From NCBI GenBank assembly GCA_000934665.2, contig KZ538522.1, positions 1 through 64,000 on the forward strand: 64,000 nt of DNA, read 5' to 3'. Shown piece by piece: positions 1 to 10,744 of the stretch. Numbering within the stretch: the stretch's first letter is position 1; each line of letters starts with the position of its first letter. A program made the translations under genes and the position numbers. This DNA is from Catajapyx aquilonaris (Eukaryota). The notes beneath the pieces are model-generated. The model was not told where the DNA came from. It saw only the letters and a program-made list of their open reading frames with translations, and ran no database searches.

Positions 1-705
1 CCGGAGTACACGTGTGCAAATTGAAGGCAAGAGGCGTGCTGGAGCTGTCTCCTGCACTGCTCTGAAAAAGGGGCCTTCGTAATAGATGAGCAAAGAGACA
101 CGCCCTTGGACATACACTACAACCAACAGGAACACAAAAAAAAGATAGGCCGTTATGGACACGGGCGCGACGACTTGCTAAATGGTGCTCCACATTATCC
201 AGTTTGGCAGGCCAAACAAAAAGGTCAGGACTGATTTTTCGCGACACGAGTTCTCCATCCTCGGCTAGGACAACAATTCATTTTGAACCGTAGCACACAG
301 TTGTGCACGCCCCACCCCATCTCCCACAGGCAACAACAATAAAATAAGCTCCCAGCGGGATGACCTCTCCCCCATCCTACCCCCCTCCCCAACAGCCCCA
401 GCATGTCCCCGAGGGGCCTTTCCCCCAGTTGTGAAATTATGCAAATGGCAACTCGAGTTTTCGCAACAAACCATCTCTTCTGGGACACGCTTTTACGACT
501 CTCCCGACAGCCGTTTGTTTTATTTCGGTGTGTCCCCCGCCAAGAAACAGTACCTGGTAGGAAGGGGGAGAGAACTAGGGGAGGTGGGGGGGGGGGTCAG
601 ATTCCCCCCTTGGGTGCTGCCCCACCAAGTCCAAAAGCTCCATTTCAAACTCATTCTGCACTCAGGCAGCACACAAACACCCGGGCCCTTCCTAGCTGGC
701 CCGAT

Positions 706-1159
706 GGATTAATCACTTAGGACCAGGCCCACCCGGAAATCGAACCTTTCCCCAAAACTGCTCTCCTGGACCTCATCCTCTCGCCAATTAATTCTTTTAA
801 TAGCTTCCCTATCGTTTTAAAGAAACGTCTCCTGTGGGAGGACAACAATGGTGCCGCACCAAATTATTGCGCCCGCTTATTAATCCAGATGATCATCCAC
901 CCTTGGGAATAAATCATAAAGCCAGAGGATTAAACTTGCTCCCAAGACGAAGCCTAGCAGCCCACTAAAGGACCTATTCCCAAAACCACAACCGACCCTC
1001 TCTACTCCAACTGCTATAAATTTATGTTTCTCGATATTAAGCTGATAATTACCGACGTGTCCTAATTGCCCTAGTTCTTAAAATTAATCCCCCCTCGATT
1101 TCGGTGCGGGCAGAATGCCAATTCCAGAGGGTTTCGGCCCTCCCTCCAAACTTTAATCC
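706..1159. promoter_or_regulatory. Cluster of K50 homeodomain (Otx/Bicoid/Pitx/Gsc-type) TAATCC sites, candidate enhancer
   Basis: TAATCC/GGATTA at 706, 881, 927, 1085 and 1154, plus TAAGCT at 1038 and several other TAAT cores, all within about 450 bp. Function is inferred from motifs only. Confidence 0.45.
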
Positions 1160-4100
1160 TCCATCGTGGTTCCTGAGCCTCGTTTTCGTCAGTGGATATC
1201 AACTGGAGATGGATTCTCACGGGGGTCCCAACTTGGGGGCCAGTCGACGAAACTTCACGGTTAGAAAAGTATATATGGGAGGCAAGCACATGAAAGCCAG
1301 CAGTCCCCCCCCTCGAGGCTGAAATAGGCCAGAAGTTAATGCTGCAACAATCTTTTCTGGTTACAAATGGCGGAGGAACAACCTGAGATTGCAATATTAA
1401 TCTTTGGCAACGATATCCACCTATTTGTTTTCAGCCCCAGCCACTTGCCACCCTCGCGCCATGTTTGGGCATCATATTGCACTGTTAATTTATGGCTTTC
1501 TCCTCAACATATCCACGCCCCAACGACTCTGGGCTCTCCATTTATACTATTTTTTTGTCCGGTACATGTGTTCGAATTACACACTCCTAGGAGCCAAACC
1601 TGACGTGGTAAACACTTCTGGGCATGACTTGCGACTAATCGAGAACTGAGCAAAAATACGTGTCACTCCGAGTGGATCATTTGCAGCTCTTCTTCAGTCA
1701 ACACACTTCTGAAAGGACCTTACAGGAGCAAGAACACTTGTTAACAAGTACCGGTAGAGTTTCCAGCTCAGCACAACGACTACAGTAAGCCTATTTAAGA
1801 AATGCCGTTGTTCATCATACTTGAAAATATTTTTAGCTCCTCCACATAATTATTCATCCGTGCTTTATTTGTAGCCTGAAGAAGCATCACATCCGTGAGA
1901 ACCTGACTATGTCAAAGCGAATGTAGTCTATACATTAGAAAAGTCTACGGGTCGCAGTAGAAAGCAATGAATCATGAATTATTTAATGAAGAAAGTTGTA
2001 TGATTGAGAACACATTTAATAACTATTAGGGTCACATTTTTGGAAGTAAGGCACACCCTATACTTTAATATATTAGGTCAATGATGTCGTTGTCTTTTAC
2101 GGGCCATAAGATTGATTTATAGCTGAAAATCCCATTTTTTCCGCAGAATATCTCCAGAGCATTTGTGTCCTTTTGCTGTGTCGATCCACGTTCGTGATGA
2201 CCCTAGTTTCTCCCCTAACCTTTTGGCAAGTCATTAACAAAAATTCTCTTTGTGGTCCCCGAGTAGGGCATACCATATTTTAACCATGGACCGCATAGTA
2301 GACTATAATACAGCAAGTGTTCAATGAGCTTTCAATCCTAGAGACCGGTTGGGCGGGTCCGAACCCTGGCTCGTATTTTATTTCCAGTAGCAAATCGAGT
2401 CTCCCCAAACTCCTTAGAAGGGTATCGCATGAGATGAAAACCGGGGCATCTCGAGGGGAGGTCGCGTGCCTGGAGTTTGTCGAAAGGTCGCGACCATAGG
2501 CCTAATTAGCATGCATACCGGCAAGGTGTACAGGCTCGCCTTCACACGGCTGCAGCAGCACAGGTCAACTTGCCACGCCCCTACCACATGTTTCAAGTTC
2601 TCAAAAAATGGGCAATCTTTTTTTTTGACGGAGAGCCGGACACAAATGGACCGAAAGGGACATTACGCCTTTTGTTCCCTCTCTGCACCAACAATTTTCT
2701 TGACTCTCTCCATCCAAGTGACTAATGAAGTACATTACTCTTTCGAACCGGGCTCGTTACTCGCCATATGTCAAGCATCACTCTGCCAATGTGTCGTGAT
2801 GACTAGGCGATGCTGTCAAGTCGCCGTCATCTATACGCCAGATCCATGTGTTCTTGTCAGGAGCCACCAATTTCAAGGGTGAGAAATGGCCAGCCCCGTT
2901 CTCCGCCTTCATTTTTTTTCTAAATATTATATACACGATATGCATTATTAATCGAAGCACAACGTGACGCCTTACGACAAGTAGCAGATCAGCCAGAGAC
3001 AGACAGGCGTCATTATTTCCGACTTAAGAGTTCGATACAGCAAAAGGCATGAATAAACGATGAGAAAAGACCGGGGGGGAGTTCCAAACGACAACTTGTA
3101 TGAGTGGAATGAAATTTTCATGTCACTCCACCCAGTGTTGTTCGAGAATCGACCAGCAATTCGTGTCCAACGCCATACTGTCCCATCAGCAACGATGTGA
3201 CCTCACTTTTTCTTCTGCCGGCCGGATTATGTATTTTTTGTGTGCGACAGAGTCCCTGAGGTATGCAGACTATTATTACGGAACGAACAAGCTTCCTGGT
3301 GACAAAGCTGGGGTCTAGCTCCCAGAATATTAGCATACCACGTCTATCTAACTTGCCGTGTTATAACTCACTCGTCCAGCCGGCTTAATGTAAATATCTC
3401 TCGAGAGCGGCCAGTAATGGCGGCCTCCTGTAACATGCTAGCTAGACACCTGCCTTCGCACAGATTCCGCCAGGCTACGCTGTGGGTGTTTCCCAATTCG
3501 GTACGCCTAATGGAAACAAAGTACTTGCGGGGACTCCCCATAAAAGGCCCGTTGCTGCCTCTTGGCGCCTTCCACTTTGCAAACTTGGCCGCTGTTTTCC
3601 AGCCATTCCTGCAGGCCAATTTGTATCTGCAGCCTTGCCTTCAAACGCCACCCATCCAGAGCGAAATATTTCGCGACTCTTTTTTTGGGGGTGTGTTTTG
3701 TGGACCGCTTTTCGCCCCCCAGAGGCACCATCATTGTGGATCCGAAACGCATTGGAAATAATAGATGGGCGCAACAGATGCTCGTAAATATTAACACTAG
3801 CTGCGGAGCAATCCATCAGTTGTGATAACATGTACATGTATGCTTCATGGCCGAAAGCTATGGTCCCATAGTCCGGAGCGTGACTACACCGTTTTTCATC
3901 ATAACGTCCAGTCGAAGCTGTGAGCAGGGGAACGTGTCTCGTGTGGCATATATCAACCCAGGCAATATCTGATCCCGAAAATGAAGAGACACTTCCAAGG
4001 CTATACTCACCACCCTTTATTTGAAGGGCACTCATCCATAAGGGCTTGGGATTTCAGGGTAATGCGATGAAGTCATTATTTCCTTCAAAGTGGGTTGGGA

Positions 4101-7100
4101 TAACCTGATTTTAGATGCCAATCCTTTAAACACACCAATTAAATTCGATTGGCTGTGTATTGAATTGAAAGCGTACTAAATATGAATGCAGAATGCCCGC
4201 CATAATTTGTATGGAGTGAATTGGCATTGGGCCTATCGCATTTATTAAGCGGCCATGAGTTTGTGTGACAATTTGTTGAGCAATTTTCAATTCGAATTGC
4301 ATGTCACACTTCATCCAAGCAGCGTCTCCAATCTTAAATTAGTTTAACTTGAGGTTTCCATTTATTACGGGCTAACAAGCCGAAGGATAGTGTCAGCATT
4401 CGCCAGTGAAGATAAGCCCTTGTGCCGTTGGCCGTTATCATTGCTACGTGATACGTCAGTTCTATAGGACGTCACCCGACTACACGCCATAAGCCTATAA
4501 AATGCTATGACTGCAGGATAGTTACGTCAGAGGCAAACTGCTGGTCACATGATCTATAACCCCGGCCAGTGGCAAGCAGCAAATCTTTTAGATTTGAATC
4601 CAAGTAACCTGGCAATAACCTTTCGAGGCACAAACATGTTTTCGCGTGCAACAAAAGGCTTCGGACTAATTTTGCCCGCAATTACCAAACAATTCGCCTG
4701 CAGTTTGGCAACAATCTCAGGGCAGCATCGCATATCAAGGTTCCAAACAAGATAAACTCGTCACAAATGTAATTTGCTCTTGTTAAGCGTTAATTCCATT
4801 CGGTCCATATAATCATCTGAATTAATTGATTACCATATGTTTCGGCAGCCCCTGGCGCGCTGTGCACAACGCCATGATAACCATCAGGGAGCTAACTGCA
4901 TCCCTCATCGCACTTTGTAATTAACGCCCACAATTTTATGGCCTAATCTAATCCCTGGCATTTCCATTTCAAAAATTGGCAAGGATTTTTCTCCGCTATT
5001 TACTTCTTTTATGCGGCCCTACAGGCTCTTTTATATACCCCGGTCCATTGTTGCCCGCACATATGTTGCAGCCATTGCAAACAGAATTTTGCCCTCCCTC
5101 TCCCACTAGTTTAAACTGCATACAAAACTATACCGTACAGTAAAATAATTGAAACAACCGGTACTGAGCTATGCGGCCTGTGCACAGGCAGCAGTTATAT
5201 AGGGCAATGACCACGTATATGCCGCAAACTGAACGTGACCGTGCGTCCGCTTTAGTGGTGCTCGTAACACAAATCCCCCCCTATACAAGTAAACAAGTGT
5301 CCACGTCAAGTACGTGTCGCGGGTAATCGGAACCTACACTATTTTTTAAACAGCAGTTTCATAAGACCCGGTATGCAACACTGAAATTGAGCCATGCTTA
5401 GGTACAGCCCGGATATTACATTCTGCAACGTGTGAAGGATATGGTAAACCATAACATGGATTAAATTCTGAGTGACCTATCTGCATGACCTATGAGGTTA
5501 GTTACACATACATGACAGTCACTACAGTACCCACATCCTATAACTTCTAAAAAAAGGCATGTTCTAAATATTGCGCCGGACTGGCTCTACCAATCAGATC
5601 GGTGGGTACAGTGCGGTACAAAAGAAATGCTCGTTTGAAACCCTACAGTGTCTGGTGTGGAGTGGAGGGGGAGATGCTGCCTACAATCCATTTTTTGAGA
5701 AGTTACGCTGTGGGTGTGGGTGCTATAGATTTCTCTGCGACGCTGCCATTTTCCTCCATAATCAGCAATCTCGCAACAGTGTGCCCCAGAAATCCGGGCT
5801 TAGAATCGAACCCAGGATCCAAGTACATAAACTTGTGCGAACACCATGTATATATACGCCAACCTTCCGAGTCCAGACTTTGCTGTACCAACACACACGT
5901 TCCATTATGCCGGAACGCAAATTCTTGCAGGTCAACAGTGCACTCCTCTCAAATCAAACATCCCAGGAGCTATTCCGGATTTCCGTGGCCGGATTATCGA
6001 TTGGCCAGAGCTTAGTTTTGCGAGGGCCCCACTTCCTCCGCTGCTTGCACTTATTTACCCATTCTGGAAAGGCCGACTGGGGCGCTATTTTTGGGCCCCG
6101 GAAGGACACCACGCTGCTTCGCTATACCGAGAGATTTATATTGCATCGGCCACTTACCGATACCGCTGGCATACTCCAGCCCTTATCATCGGGAACGGTA
6201 GTAAATCATGTCGGATCACGCACTCCTACCGACGCTCGCAGATTTGTTCTCAAGGTGCGACCACCTTATTTATTGCCAATACGAGCTTCCTTAAAATTAC
6301 CGTACCTCCGAAGGTTGTTGTGGCAAAACAGCAAATAAGTCGTGTACCACATGGCTGATGGACGGTTCAAAAATAGCTTGGTGTTCGAAGGTGATCAACT
6401 GATCATAATCCCAGATGCTTGTTCACTTGAATGCACGCGAGCAGTAATTGGCCCTGTCGGTAGCAGAAATGCATAAAGAACCGAACACGTAACTCTGCAC
6501 AAAATGTCAGGTTAGGAGGAAGCTCTGCCACAACCGACCTTGTATCAATTTTCAACCCATGACTTTCCATATAGAATCGTAATCTGTTCGAGTTGCACCA
6601 CAAATGAGTCGGCAATAGAGTCCTCACGATAGCTGTCAATTCGATTAGCAGAGACAATAATGTTGACCTGGATTGAGAACAAGGCGTGAGCAAGTGATTT
6701 GAAGCAAAATCGTCGCGTCACCCTGATCAAGCAGGTGAGGGCACGTACATTTCGATTAATTACTCAATCAGGTCACACATTAACACGTACAGCATGTGTG
6801 CAAAAAGTAGGCAGTAACTGAAATGCACGAATATGTCAAAAAAACCACAAATAATTTCAGCGGAGATATTGAAACATGGCACAAACAGGCGCACACTAGC
6901 AATTAGCACATATCATTAAATAATTTGTGAAAAGGTCCTTTCATTATGTAGCACAAAGTGGGAAGGACGGAAGTGCATGAAATCCGAGAAAAGTGTTGAG
7001 GCCTGAGAATTCGTCCTCCACTTGAGAGCCAAATGCCTGAAACATGTTGGGTGAGGGTCTGGATCGTCATGGGAAGCTGACAACCGGGCCCCATACTTTG

Positions 7101-7279
7101 ACCAAAATGTGTCTCCCGCTCCAGGCCTCCACCAGAGAGAGAAAAAAAACTAGAGGGGGGGAATTCCTGCCAACTCTGGAGGTCACCAGGTCAACCGAAT
7201 AGGACTGAATCAGCCGACAAGAGGCAGGGCAGGCAACATGCAACACGACCTGAAACCCCGACGGGAACCTTTCCCGCCC

Positions 7280-7550
7280 AACATGGCAGCAGCCAATTTG
7301 CACCCCCAACTCCATTCATAATTCAGGAAGGCGAGCTCCACATAACACAGCTGAAAGTTGGCCTAATATCGGTCATTTATTCCGGGAGCTGCTATGGCAA
7401 CGCCTCCTGCTATAAACATGGCTGCCCCAGCAGAATATACATAAAAAGAGAGCCAGATGGGGGGGAAAGGAAAACGAGTAACATTCCCGGAACATTGCTA
7501 CCAAAATAAAAATGGCGGCCACTGCATTAATGCGGGATGGTCCGCCATTT
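7280..7550. promoter_or_regulatory. YY1/Pleiohomeotic-site cluster (PRE-like or promoter-like) with an RFX X-box-like site
   Basis: AACATGGCAGC at 7280, AACATGGCTGC at 7415, AAAATGGCGGC at 7509 and CCGCCATTT at 7542. GCTGCTATGGCAAC at 7388-7401 is X-box-like. GAGAG repeats lie near 7135 and 7448. Confidence 0.4.
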
Positions 7551-7834
7551 ACATTATTGCGCTGATGGTTGCGGCTGATTGTACTATGCGATGGCTATCA
7601 GCTGCTGGACTGCGCTGCATTTAATTGCCACCTATTTGCCGGCACTAACTAGGAAATGGGGAGTGCTCACCCAGCAACTAGCGTAGAGCAGCGTGTGTCA
7701 CGTTATAATTTGCCATAGATTTCGCTTAATAAGTGCGAAACGTGTATTGAATAGCAAGATTCTCCAATTTGCGAGCAGGGCTGTGTACAGTACGTACCTT
7801 GCCGAAAATGAGCTGTACTGTACTTATGGGCCTG

Positions 7835-7890
7835 GCTTACATCCTCTCCTCACCTGCGAAAGAGAGAGAAAAACGAAACACATTATTACT
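7835..7890 (-). other. Strong 3' splice site directly followed by GTGAG (candidate recursive splice site) and/or 13-nt microexon 7841-7853
   Basis: The minus strand reads gtaataatgtgtttcgtttttctctctctttcgcag|GTGAGGAGAGGAT|gtaagc. It has a long pyrimidine tract, no upstream AG for about 33 nt, and a second donor 13 nt downstream. Confidence 0.4.
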
Positions 7891-9147
7891 ACAATAATGA
7901 TTCAGAACAACCCAGCCCTGAGCTAGAGGGCAGAAAATCCCGACAAACAATTTCCGGACGTTTTGATGAGAGTCGAACCGAGCGAGCCAAGTGGTTCTCC
8001 GCAGCATAATGACACGACAGCCATCCAGTTTGATGACCACCCCTCCTGTAATGAGCTGTAATTTTTCCTTCGCAGCCTTGATGGGGGCGTGTTTCCTGTT
8101 TGCCACATCTCTGCAAGCTTCTCTTGTGCATGTGGGGCCAGCTATCCTTGACCACGAAGGCTGCTCCGCAACAATGCAAGGCACGCCCTTGTCTTTCACG
8201 GTCCCATATTGTCACACTCCTTAAGAGACTTAGCAGGAGGATGAAGAACTCGCCAGTGTTATTTTAAACTCGCCATAAATATTTGAAGATCTTTGTTTTA
8301 TTACTCTCTAAATTATTTTTAGTCGGTTTCCCCCTCTGAAATAGCTTTTGGACGACATTTTTCTGCCAACTCGCTCTAAAACTGCATACCCATAGTGTTT
8401 TCCATATGATGAAATACTGTACTCAACGAACCAAAAAAATAATAATTTAAGAAGTTAGCGTAAACAGGAAGATAATTATTTTCACTCTAATTTACCATAG
8501 AGATAGGCAAAACCACTAATTACGAGCCCATTCCGTATCAGCTGGGACGTGATATATTTAGAAATAGAATAACCTGAAACATGGGTGAGTGATGGCAGCG
8601 GTGCACCAAAGAGGCAGTTGCATTTTAGCACCAAAACAAATGCGGATGTCTGGCTACATGGCAGGTTCTTCCAACACATGCAACCCTGTCATGTCCTTCG
8701 CCCGGTACGCTCAATAACCCAAAAACGTGCAAATATTCCCACAACAGGTTTACTTTTTTGCATTTTGCAGGGACAAAAATCCTCCTCACTTTTCTTTATA
8801 TTTTTTTTCAAGTCTTGAAAGGAGGCTGGGGGACGGTCGAGCCCAGAAAACTCCAACCAAGCAGGAAGCCAGGCAAATAAGTTTTGTATCGGTCCACCGC
8901 AGAGATAAAGCAGTCAGCCTGCAGCGTACATATTGCAGAAACAATCCCCCATGCATGATGTATGGAGAACCTGTTTGGGGTCTCTGAAAAACGAGAGGGA
9001 TGGAGCAGGAGAGAGATGACCCTCTCGAGACCCGGAGGGGGTTACAATAAGACGTCTGGAAAGAAAGAGCAAAAAAAGGAACAGTACTACTCGAAAAAAA
9101 CTTTTGCCTTGGCTTCGACATATACAGAGGGGGTGGAGTGCACAATA

Positions 9148-9172
9148 CGCTATTAATTTGCCCCACCCTGTA
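9148..9172 (-). mobile_element. Possible solo Tc1/mariner-type terminal inverted repeat relic
   Basis: The minus strand reads TA-CAGGGTGGGGCAAATTAATAGCG, and TA-CAGGGTG is a common start for Tc1/mariner TIRs. No partner end was found. Confidence 0.2.
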
Positions 9173-9567
9173 CTCTGTTGCCATCCACTCTTTTGCTGGG
9201 GGTCCAGACATCACATGGCCCTAAGGGGCTAATTAGGCAACGCCACTTGCGATTCCCCGCTGCCAGGAATTCATCAAGCCTTGATACTCGGCCCCGGTGT
9301 TTTATGTCGCCTCATTAGTGGAGTGAGAACCTAATTTTCCATCGGCATTCGGCCTGCTGCTGCTTGTTATTAATATTATTCCGACAGCTGGCATTGCTGT
9401 CACATGTACCCGCCGACGACTCCTGGTGAACTTTCGTGGCTGTTATCTGATGAACTGGGGAGGGGAGGAGGGGGGAAACAGTTGCAAACTCAGGCTCCTG
9501 CCATAAACTGTCTAGTTGCTTGTGTGCGAGGCCCAGATTGGATCGGACTCTGAATTCCAACCAACAG

Positions 9568-9680
9568 CACGTGACGTAGGCCGGCTCCAAAAATTTAAAA
9601 TATTATTACTTCCTCCTCCCACCCACCAGAGGCGCTGCCGTCTCCCATTGCGCATGAGCAGAAGGGGGACCAATCGGAAG
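9568..9680. promoter_or_regulatory. Promoter-like motif cluster (E-box/CRE half-site, ETS, NRF1-like, CCAAT)
   Basis: CACGTGACGT at 9568, ACTTCC at 9608, CTCF-like CCACCAGAGGCGCTG at 9623, TGCGCATGAGCA at 9649 (one mismatch to NRF1/Ewg TGCGCATGCGCA), CCAATC at 9670 and CGGAAG at 9675. Confidence 0.35.
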
Positions 9681-10671
9681 CCTCGGTGTATTACAACGAA
9701 GGATTATAATATCATACCTGACGCTCCCATTTTGCAAAATAATCCTATAGAGCGTACAGGCTGATCCTTTAAACTCCATAACTGCAATAAATCACACAGG
9801 AAGTTCGCACATAAGCCAGAGAGGTCCACACGAACTCTGACGACACCGTTGCGTTCCCTGTATAGTACGTGACTGGATGGGGCTCCCCTTTTACTTTCCC
9901 ACATTCAAAAAGTGAAAAGTGCGTGCCATATACAGAGCCATAAACTGCACATGTGCATGTGGGTGCGCGGAAGAAATGAATTCCAAGCAATCAGAGATCT
10001 GGCCTAGATCCAATATGGCACAATCGCTGCCCGATTCCGCGTTTCTCTTTGACCCGTCCTAGGTCATACCCGATAAGACCCATCCAGAAATAAACATTGT
10101 AAAGGCTTCCAATTTTCCAATAAAAATCCCGGATTCTGATTGATGCCTCCGACCTGGCCTCCATCCATATCTCAAGCTCGCAAGTGCAAAACCGGAAGCC
10201 CGCTTTGATTTTTGACTATGTTAGCGGCCTACACTTCTCAAGAATGATTGACTGGCCTAGATATGATCACGCTCGAGGCTCTAAACCGGATGACAAATGA
10301 CACTCCCTTTTTCACAATTCTTAAATACACGACTAAACTTTAGGTATTTTTCACTCCATTCCTAGGGGGCATCTGCTTCTCAAAGTTTGCCCGCCGGGTA
10401 CTAGCAAAAAACTCGGGCCCTTAATGGAGTATTTTTTGTGTCCAGGTCTTCCTATTGGGGACGTCCGGGATCACTTGCGACAGCATCAACGTCGCGAGAT
10501 TGCGGTGAGATATTGCATCGGAGCGTCAATAGTGCGACGCTTCGATTGGATGTCGAGGGAAAGGACGAGAAACTGCCACTTTTTTTTCTAGCTCGGTTAC
10601 TATAAAAAGTGCTCCAAAAAGAAGTGCGGAACTGTCCAACGGGGGTGTTCAAGCAGGTAGAAATCGTGTAT

Positions 10672-10744
10672 TTCCCACGGCCAAGGCGCCATCGCACTAC
10701 ATCAAAGGTTAGCACATTCCCACACCTGATTGGTAACAGATAAG
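10672..10744. promoter_or_regulatory. Compact candidate signal-integrating enhancer: 2x Su(H)/CSL, TCF, GGCGCC, E-box, GATA
   Basis: TTCCCACG at 10672, GGCGCC at 10685, ACATCAAAG at 10699, TTCCCACA at 10717, CACCTG at 10723 and AGATAAG at 10738. Confidence 0.35.

Noticed and set aside
5803..5813. B-box-like GGGTTCGATTC on the minus strand
   Set aside because: No A-box or cloverleaf around it, so it is not called as a tRNA.
5571..6358. Three overlapping + ORFs (255, 137 and 170 aa)
   Set aside because: No recognisable domain and no frame stands out. Consistent with chance ORFs at this GC content.
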